In this document: piece after piece, positions 1 through 7,080 of the stretch
How positions within the stretch are numbered: position 1 is the stretch's first letter
How the letters are laid out: every line of letters starts with the position of its first letter
Assembly (NCBI RefSeq): GCF_006345805.1
Contig: NW_021828805.1
Span: 1-7,678 of the forward strand
Length of the DNA: 7,678 nt
Direction of reading: 5' to 3'
Source of the DNA: Octopus sinensis
Lineage: Eukaryota
Notes under the pieces: model-generated
Told to the model about the DNA's origin: nothing
The model's database searches: none
The model's input: the letters and a program-made list of their open reading frames with translations, nothing else
Position numbers and translations under genes: made by a program

Positions 1-94
1 CTACATACATACACACATTGTATATATATATCTGTAACTATATCTATATATGTACATATATATATCTATATATATATATTTATATCTGTATATA

Positions 95-137
<43 letters not shown>

Positions 138-306
138 TCTATACATATTATATATATATATACATATATATACATGTATATATGTATATGTGTATATATG
201 TATATATATATTTATTTATATATGTTATATATAGTATATATATATATAATATATATATATAGTATATATATATTATATATGTATGTATATATGTATGTAT
301 ATTGTA

Positions 307-363
<57 letters not shown>

Positions 364-377
364 ATTTGTGTATATAT
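1..377. repeat. Degenerate (TA)n microsatellite array with TATG/TATC variants
   Basis: Near-continuous alternating TA with scattered C/G substitutions. It explains the Y/I-rich ORFs 18-380 (+) and 148-411 (-). Confidence 0.97.
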
Positions 378-524
378 TAATACATCTAACATGTCGAGTG
401 TTCAAGATCATTCCTGAAATAATGTTTAGTAGTAGATAGCTAATGAAATCTTCAATTGCCTAATTTATTTTGTGGGGAAATTAAATCGTGTTGTCTTGCA
501 TATCTCACCATGCATACAAATTGT

Positions 525-614
525 CGCCATCTTCGTGTAACATGTATTTGTTCGCAGTCAGTCGTCTTGGGCTGGCTGACGAATCTCGATATGTGAAGAT
601 GTCTTCGCCATTTT
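525..614. promoter_or_regulatory. Two YY1/Pho-type CGCCATNTT motifs in a small CpG-containing unique island (function untested)
   Basis: CGCCATCTT at 525-533 and CGCCATTTT at 606-614, same orientation, 81 bp apart. The motif match is seen directly; function is inference. Confidence 0.25.
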
Positions 615-654
615 AAAACTAAACTTGCCAATATCTTGTTTTATATATGTATGA

Positions 655-698
655 TTATAACAATAGTAATAATAATAATAATACTGATAATAGTAAAA

Positions 699-743
<45 letters not shown>

Positions 744-779
744 GTAATAATAATAATAATATTAATAACGACAATAACA
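655..779. repeat. Imperfect (AAT)n trinucleotide microsatellite
   Basis: Long AAT run with AGT/AAC/GAT variants. It gives the poly-N and poly-I ORFs. Confidence 0.96.
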
Positions 780-811
780 GAGAAGAAAATTATACTAATT
801 GTTATTGTTTT

Positions 812-864
812 ATCATCATCATCATCATCATCACCATCATTATCATCATCATCATCATCATCAT
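812..864. repeat. (ATC)n trinucleotide microsatellite
   Basis: Tandem ATC/CAT units with one CAC and one TAT interruption. Confidence 0.96.
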
Positions 865-942
865 TCCCTTTAAAAATCATTCTGCTTTCTGAAGTTGATA
901 TCATCTGTATAACCTCCATTATACATTCCTACATGCAATCAA

Positions 943-1098
943 ACATGCATACATACATACATACATACATACATACATACATACATACATACATACATAC
1001 ATACATACATACATGCATACTTACATAGATACATATATACCTACATACATACATACATACATACCGATATAGACATACATAAATGCATACATATATAT
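943..1098. repeat. (CATA)n tetranucleotide microsatellite
   Basis: Perfect CATA run at 948-1014 (about 16 units) followed by degenerate CATA/GATA/TATA units. Confidence 0.97.
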
Positions 1099-1153
1099 GT
1101 ACAGATATGCGTGCGTGCGTTGCGTGGACGTATGTTTGAGACTAGGTATGCGT

Positions 1154-1285
1154 GAAGGCACCTGGCTTTATGTTCATTGTGTCCGGTTCTTGACCGTAAA
1201 GACTGTGGGTTCGCTTCCTGGACGGGGAGCCACATTCTCTCATGCAATGCACTCCATATTACAATTCCAAGTCGCCTCTGGTCAA
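1154..1285 (+). mobile_element. Decayed tRNA-derived SINE fragment related to the SINE at 5324-5597
   Basis: A-box-like TGGCTTTATGTT (1163-1174) and B-box-like GGTTCGCTTCC (1208-1218). Collinear shared words with the 5324 element: TGGCTT, TGAYCGTAA (1191-1199 vs 5369-5377) and TTCCTGGAC (1215-1223 vs 5392-5400). The 3' boundary is approximate. Confidence 0.7.
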
Positions 1286-1505
1286 TGAATAATAATATAG
1301 TGCAGGTATTGCACTAATACAACTCTCAGTTTTAGACAAAAGAACAAATGAAGATTCTGCGATGAGATTAAAGAATACCATAGCATTCGCCGCTTCTCGT
1401 ATGTGAACAGGGAAAGTGGAACAGGAGGACATTTCAATGACCTGAATCTAAACATACTTCGACTTCTGCTTACTGGTTTGATCATCTATATTTGATGTCC
1501 GTTTA

Positions 1506-2030
1506 TCTGTATATATAAAAGGCAGGATGTGTGTGTGTGTGTGTGTACATGATTGCAATTTATGCACGCCCACAAATTAGCACGCATGTCGCTCCAATTT
1601 TAGGAGGACATTCGTCATGATCTCAGCTGTATTTTCGTCAAATTATTCTTTACCAGAGGCACCAACGAATAGCAGTAAAAATAAAATTTCAACCAAAACT
1701 TTAAACAATTTTCAAGTCGGAAAAAGAACATTGTTTGCAAACAGGAGTTAAATCCCCTTGTGACGAGTAAGTTTTTGTTAAGACTGTTGTTGTTTTTTCC
1801 ACCGAGGGAAAAAAGTGTTTTGTTGATATACTGACAAAATACACACACACGATCATGTATGCAATAGGTGCACATAGTACGTGTGTGCGTGTTACCCATA
1901 TATAAAAAACAATTTCAACGGATTTCGCCCAAATTTAACGTCGATGTTACTTAGTTTGGCTTCAAATAAAGAACTTGATTAGTTTAATAATCCTAATTTA
2001 ATCCCGGGCAAAGCCGGGGTATACTACTAG
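1506..2030 (+). mobile_element. Non-autonomous Helitron-like (rolling-circle) element
   Basis: Starts with TC (1506-1507) immediately after A1505, then TATATATAAAA and a (TG)n tract (1528-1546). Ends with an imperfect GC-rich hairpin ATCCCGGGCAAAGCCGGGGT (2001-2020), 6 nt, then CTAG (2027-2030) followed by T2031. This is the canonical TC...hairpin-CTRR structure in an A|T target with no TSD. The 3' end is more secure than the 5' end. Confidence 0.72.
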
Positions 2031-2121
2031 TTCCCTATAAACGTATAGTATATAATAATATTTATACTAAAATGTTAGTTGTTAGTATAACTGATGCACT
2101 CCACAAACAGTGGCATAGAAA

Positions 2122-2132
2122 TGCGCATGCGC
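2122..2132. promoter_or_regulatory. NRF1/Erect-wing-type palindromic motif TGCGCATGCGC (function untested)
   Basis: Perfect 10-bp palindrome GCGCATGCGC at 2123-2132, matching 11 of 12 positions of YGCGCAYGCGCR. Confidence 0.25.
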
Positions 2133-2220
2133 TGGTTAGCACACATTCATATACGCATATCGTATTCACTTCATTAGTCATAACTTTGGCTTTCTCTGTA
2201 TTCTTTTCTTCCTTTCTCAG

Positions 2221-2530
2221 TATGTATGTAGTTGTTTGTGTGCGTGGATGTGTGCATGTATGTGTATATATATACACACATATACATGCATATAAATATA
2301 CACGTATACACGTATATATGGATATATAGACATGAATATGTATGTGTATATATATATGTTTATATATACATATATAGTCATGTACGTATAAATATCTACA
2401 TATTTATACGTACATATATCTCTAAAATCTGGCACGCATACCCACACACTCACATAGATACATGTACACACACACCCACACGGACACGGACACACACATG
2501 TACACACACGAACAAACAATCACATACGCA
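2221..2530. repeat. Mixed alternating purine-pyrimidine low-complexity tract (TG/TA/CA/TATG)
   Basis: Degenerate dinucleotide and tetranucleotide units, TG-biased on the left and CA-biased on the right. It explains the ORFs 2217-2519 and 2232-2636. Confidence 0.9.
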
Positions 2531-2814
2531 CAAACTCATCTATTTATTAATCAATTTATCTGACGGTCAGTTTATGAAATGCCCAAATCCGTCCAACCAC
2601 CTTCATTTATCACCGGTCAGCAAAACGATATCTTAAAAAAAAAAACGTTTCCCCCGTCTCTGACATGGAGGTTTTGCATAAGGGACAGTTCAAGAAACTG
2701 AGCCCCTGACCCTAGAGGATTCACTGAATGATTTTTTTTCAATGTTTGTAGGTTTTGGGAAAACAAACATGTCTACATTTATTATCATTGATACGACGTA
2801 ATCTCTGACAGCAT

Positions 2815-2922
2815 CTCTCCATCTCTTTCCTTCTGACTTTCTTTCCTTAATTCCTTCTCTCTCCTCCCCTCTCTCTCTCTCTCTCTCTCTCTGTCAGTCT
2901 CCGTCTCTGTTTCTCTCTTTTT
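2815..2922. repeat. Polypyrimidine tract with (CT)12 core
   Basis: Almost purine-free on the + strand, with perfect CT repeats at 2869-2892. Confidence 0.93.
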
Positions 2923-3039
2923 CCTTGAAATTCCCTAACACTTTCAGTCAATTCTTCTTCATATGCTTTTCACTAACCCCCAAAACGTTTCTCTTTCAAT
3001 ATTTCATGATTTTTCTGATGGTATTATCTGTGACTGGTC

Positions 3040-3171
3040 ATCATGTTGCAGCAGCACAGGATGATAATGATGATGATGAGATCGCCGCCGAGGACGACGT
3101 AGCCGATGACGTTTTGTGATGCTGAATGCCGCTGATGAAGATGGTGAGGATAATGATGACCATGATGATGA

Positions 3172-3205
<34 letters not shown>

Positions 3206-3253
3206 GGTGGCGGTAGCGGTGGTACTGGTGGTGATCAAGATGATGACGACGAG
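3040..3253. repeat. Compound trinucleotide repeat (GAT/GAC-rich, (GAT)9, (GGT)6)
   Basis: (GAT)9 at 3164-3190 and (GGT)6 at 3191-3208, with degenerate GAN/GCN triplets on both sides. Confidence 0.9.
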
Positions 3254-3349
3254 AACTTATAGTAAGAAATATAATCGTCATGGTTATTAAGTCTGGGGCA
3301 TAACTTCAATATTGTGACCAAGACAATAGAGACGATGTGATTGAGTACT

Positions 3350-3507
3350 ATCATCGTAATTATCATCATCAACGTCGACATCTTTGTCATCATTATCATC
3401 AGCAGCAGCAGTAGCAGCAGTAACAGTAGCAGCGGCAGCAGCAGTAGCAGCGGCAGCAGCAACAGCAACAACAATACCACCACCACCACCACCAACAACA
3501 ACAACAA
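3350..3507. repeat. Compound trinucleotide repeat (ATC to AGC to AAC to ACC to AAC)
   Basis: Successive in-phase triplet runs. It explains the poly-I/S/N/T ORF 3341-3883 and the poly-L/V ORF 3235-3507. Confidence 0.92.
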
Positions 3508-3547
3508 GTCTAGATTTCTATTTCCTCATTTTTTACCCGTAGCCTCG

Positions 3548-3735
3548 TCCGTCTCTCTCATGTTCTCTCGTTCATTTCATGTGAGTCACACTCACAGCAA
3601 CTCTCTTTATCCCCCGCTCTCCTTCTCTTTCTGTCTCTCACGCACACACACACACACACACCACACACACTCACACACACTCAGCTTCTATCTTTCTTTC
3701 CCTTTCCTTACTGATCATTTCCTTTTTCTGTTTTT
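3548..3735. repeat. Pyrimidine-rich tract with embedded (CA)n
   Basis: CT-rich segments flank imperfect (CA)n at about 3640-3681. Confidence 0.88.
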
Positions 3736-5225
3736 ACCGGACGTACCACTCCGCCTTCTATCCGACCCAATACAATCGACGCACATCATATTAACTCCAC
3801 ACGTAAATCAAACGACAGATATAGTTAGTGTGCATCAACGATGGATACCGTTGCTCTTACGTTACTTGGCTTTTGCTACATAAATCCCTTCTCGTTTGCT
3901 TATTCATTGTCACCAATCAATCATTTAATAAAACAATAAATCAATACCAATTTATATCACGGTAAAAAGCAAAACATTCCACTATACGGTGCGCTCCATC
4001 TTTGCTCTGGTTTGACGGTATCAAGTGGCTAATGCAAACGAAATGACCCCCGTGGTAATCTAAGATCTTTGACTGCCAGTTCACATCAGAAGCAAAAAAA
4101 TATGAAGTTTGACAGTCTGTCGGGAAGAAAGGAATGACTTAAGGTTTATGGTCTACCGTTCATCAGTGCCCATGGCTTACAAAGTAAAACAAACAAGCAA
4201 AAACAAAAGGCTAACAAACAAATACTGTTTAAACTACAAGCCAATGCTTGGAGTGTATGTGTGATTTGAGAGAAGTAGCAGATTAATTTTTCCATAAGAT
4301 TAGAGTCTGCCGTCCTAACAAAAAATCCAAAATGGTGGTAGAGTACGATAATGTAGTGAAATATAGGCGATGTATCAGAGAAAGGGAGAATTTGGAATGG
4401 AGGAACACATTCCACAGTAAATTTGCTTTATCTGAGCACAAAATACCGCTAATCATTAATAACTAACAACGACAGTAATTAACATTAAGAGATTTAAAGG
4501 AGTAATTAGAAAATATCATAATAAAATAATTTCAGTTTAACGTCATACTATATCAACTCTTGTGTCATTACATATACTCATTGGCCGTTCATTCTAAAGC
4601 ATATGTTATTTCAAAACTATCGTAATGTATCACTGCTTAGAACATAATACGCCCGGTTTATCTGAATTAACCATTTGGAGGTAGAAAGTTGGTACATCCC
4701 CTCAAAATTGTAACACCGTTAACTGAGGAAAAACCCACTCATTATGCTGCGAGTAGCCGAGTCACCCCTACTTTTTACAAGAGACAATTTTATTCAACAA
4801 AAGCAATAACAACATGAAACAAAAACATCTTTAAATGATAATTCCGAAGCATATTCACCATCTACTTCAATTCCTACTTCTCAATTGCTTGGCAGACGGT
4901 CATGTTTTTGTAAAATATTATTATTGTTTTAGTTGAAATAAAATTTGTTGAAAAAAGCCGCAATAATTGTGCACCAACCCAATATATGTATTTATTATAT
5001 ATATATATATTATAATATTAATGTTAGGGAAGTTATTTCAGCAATATCGAGGAATATGTTGTCATGAAACGCGCCTAATCTATATAATGTAAAGTATATT
5101 ATTTGGAATAAGAATTGAAGGTATTAATTTTGATAATTTTAATATTTAGTCCTATATGTACATATTGTGGATAATGTCATTCAATGATGATTGAGTTGCT
5201 TGAGGGTGATACTCTCTCTTAAACC

Positions 5226-5280
5226 TATATATATATATAGAGAGAGAGAGAAAGAGATAGATATATATATAGAGAGAGAG
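5226..5280. repeat. (TA)n/(GA)n compound microsatellite at the 3' end of the minus-strand SINE
   Basis: TA and GA runs abut position 5281, where the 3' body of the - strand SINE ends. Confidence 0.92.
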
Positions 5281-5718
5281 ACGATGAGCTTCTTTCAGTT
5301 TTCGTCTACCAAATCCCCTCACGTACCTTGAAGAGGAGCGTGGCTTAGTTGTTAGGGTGTTGGATTTATGATCGTAAGATTATGGTTTCAATTCCTGGAC
5401 CGGGTGGTACGTTGTGTTCTTGAGCAAAACGCTTCATTTCACGTTACTCCAGTTCACACATCGAGCGAAAACAAGTAATCCCGCGGCGGACCGGCATCCC
5501 GTCCAGGTCGGGAATTTGTACGCTATGGAAACCGGGAAACCGGCCCTTATGAGTCGTTGTGACACGAGAAGGTAACTTTACCTTTTTTACATTTACTTCA
5601 CGAGGTTTTGGTCAGGCGGAGGCTATAGAAATCGTTTGCCCAATGTGCCACGCAGAGCTAATGAACCCGGAACCATGTAGTTGAGAAGCAAACTTCTTAC
5701 TACACAGCCACGCCTGTC
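5281..5718 (-). mobile_element. tRNA-derived SINE (octopus-type), split by a nested insertion; pieces 5603-5718 and 5281-5323
   Basis: The minus strand reads AGGCGTGGCTGTGTAGTAAG (A-box-like, 5710-5700), GGTTCATTAGC (degenerate B-box, 5667-5657), a CORE-like ACATTGGGCAAA, then CTATAGCCTCCGCCTGACCAAAACCT|CGTGAGGGGATTTGGTAGACGAAAACTGAAAGAAGCTCATCGT. After removing the insert the two halves join into a sequence matching my recollection of an abundant Octopus SINE consensus. Not database-verified. Confidence 0.85.
5324..5597 (+). mobile_element. Apparently full-length tRNA-derived CORE-like SINE with RTE/Bov-B-like 3' tail
   Basis: A-box TGGCTTAGTTG (5341-5351), B-box GTTTCAATTCC (5385-5395), a central GTTCTTGAGCAAAACGCTTCATTT resembling the MIR core ACCTTGGGCAAGTCACTT, a CpG-rich 3' body and a TTTACC-like tail (5575-5596). 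Flanked by a TCACG direct repeat (5319-5323, 5598-5602). Confidence 0.88.
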
Positions 5719-6354
5719 TATATGCTATGGAGATTAAATGTACAAAAAATTATGATTAACCGAAATTTATATCAGAACGTGTGCCCTCCATGATCTGTTG
5801 TAATTTAGAATCCAATTGCGCTTGGATCATCCGCTGCAGAAGACCCTGGAAAAAACACGATGGTCACATGTACGAATCAAGCAATTTATATAATTTTGCG
5901 GTTATCGTAATTTCTAAATCATGTACGTTACATGAGCGAGCCGTGGATAGATTTTCAAGTATTGCATTCATCACGCCTTATCGATGTGCTCACAACTGAG
6001 AGAAACCTAGATATTTGTCGCCAACGATATAGAGGAAACTGAAAAACTAAATAAACAAAAGAACTTGGGCGAAATCCATCGGGTACTTTTGCTAGCCATT
6101 GCTAGGATGATTTTCGTCACCCTCCAATATATATGTATACTGTGTATATATATATATAAACACAGCATGTCGATATAAAATTTAATCTATAGACCACTAC
6201 TACAATAACTTGAGTTTCAAAGAATTCTATACTTTAAGTATGATATTTAGGTACCTACTTTAGTCTAATACTACTTCTGTTGCCTTTACTGATACATGAA
6301 ACACGCACAGACACACATAGGCATCCACTTGCACACTGTTTTTCTGACTGTATG

Positions 6355-6435
6355 TCTCTCTCTCTCGCTCACACACACACACACACACACACAATGATAG
6401 AAAAAACATCCCGCGATCGACCGCGAAAGGCACGT

Positions 6436-6473
<38 letters not shown>

Positions 6474-6487
6474 ACACATTCACACAC
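6355..6487. repeat. (CT)n plus two (CA)n tracts separated by a 44-bp unique spacer
   Basis: CT at about 6355-6370; CA at about 6370-6392 and 6437-6487. Confidence 0.94.
6421..6436. promoter_or_regulatory. Adjacent E2F-like (TTTCGCGG on - strand) and E-box (CACGTG) motifs (function untested)
   Basis: CCGCGAAA at 6421-6428 and CACGTG at 6431-6436, with a second CCGCGA at 6411-6416. Confidence 0.2.
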
Positions 6488-6937
6488 TAAGAATAGGAAA
6501 AAGATCACGTCTCGGTAAGTATATCCGTCTATAAAAAGGACAGATTACGCAGATAGGAATAATTTTAAAAAGATAACTCACGGCAGAAAAATATTCACAT
6601 TTAAGAAAAGAGTCGACAGGGCGAATAATAAAACCAATTATAAATATTTCATACTTGAGAGGTTCAAAGAAATTAGGTTTTGAATGCAGGAATTATATTG
6701 GTTTGCATTTGGAAATGTTAGCCATTTTGACCAATGACTAATTGATAAAACTAACAGTAAAGAAGACCGTCGATCCAGGCGGGCTAAAATCGTTTCATAT
6801 ATAGAATCATTAAAGCATGTTTCGCTAAATACATAAGAAGGAGAAGGAGAAGAAAAACTTTGGCTTGGCTTCTGATAATGCTATTAGGTGGACATGAAGT
6901 TAGTCCTCCGTTCGCACGAAATCATTTCATAAAGATA

Positions 6938-7080
6938 TGTGTGTGTGACTGTGCGTGTGTGTATCTATTCGAATTACAGAGCTGAGTATATGAATGTATA
7001 TTTAAATATAAATATATACATAAAAGCTTATATGTTATATAAATATATGTACATATGTGCATTGATGTGTTTTTGAGTGT
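6938..7080. repeat. Degenerate (TG)/(TA) low-complexity tract
   Basis: TG runs at about 6938-6962 and TA-rich units at about 6990-7060. Confidence 0.8.

Noticed and set aside
556-600. CTGACGA (576-582) near a short hairpin, resembling a hammerhead ribozyme core; also CTGATGA at 3132-3138
   Set aside because: Neither is followed by a helix II plus GAAA or a compatible helix III/NUH site.
18-1028. ORFs 18-380, 148-411, 636-1028, 641-919 and 647-892
   Set aside because: They are translations of TA, AAT, ATC and CATA repeats that lack stops by composition, with no domain-like sequence.
1298-1316. Hairpin TAGTGCA-GGTAT-TGCACTA containing a miR-92-like seed (TATTGCAC)
   Set aside because: The stem is only 7 bp, the rest of the mature miR-92 sequence does not match, and it is far too short for a pre-miRNA.
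1844-1887. 44-nt imperfect hairpin inside the Helitron-like element
   Set aside because: Pairing relies on CA/TG low-complexity arms, with bulges, and it is too short for a pre-miRNA.
2253-2290. Quasi-palindrome TGCATGTA-TGTGTATA...TATACACA-CATA-TACATGCA
   Set aside because: This is expected self-complementarity of alternating purine-pyrimidine repeats.
3024-3281. His-rich minus-strand ORF superficially like cephalopod His-rich beak proteins
   Set aside because: The poly-H is simply the reverse complement of (GAT)n/(GGT)n. It has no signal peptide, no chitin-binding domain and no GHG-type repeat organisation.
3341-3883. Longest ORF (180 aa)
   Set aside because: It consists of consecutive simple-repeat translations (poly-I/S/N/T, SL and HT repeats) with no sign of real coding sequence.
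4862-4886. Small direct repeat CTACTTC(TC)AATT
   Set aside because: Ordinary short slippage duplication with no spacer-repeat array, so not CRISPR-like.
5335-5400. tRNA gene call for the A/B-box regions (also 1160-1220 and 5650-5715)
   Set aside because: No complete cloverleaf or acceptor stem, and each continues into a SINE body, so these are SINE heads rather than tRNA genes.
5781-5999. 72-aa Cys-containing ORF (also 4146-4415 and 1282-1485)
   Set aside because: Short, within the length range expected by chance, with no recognisable motif or supporting splice structure.
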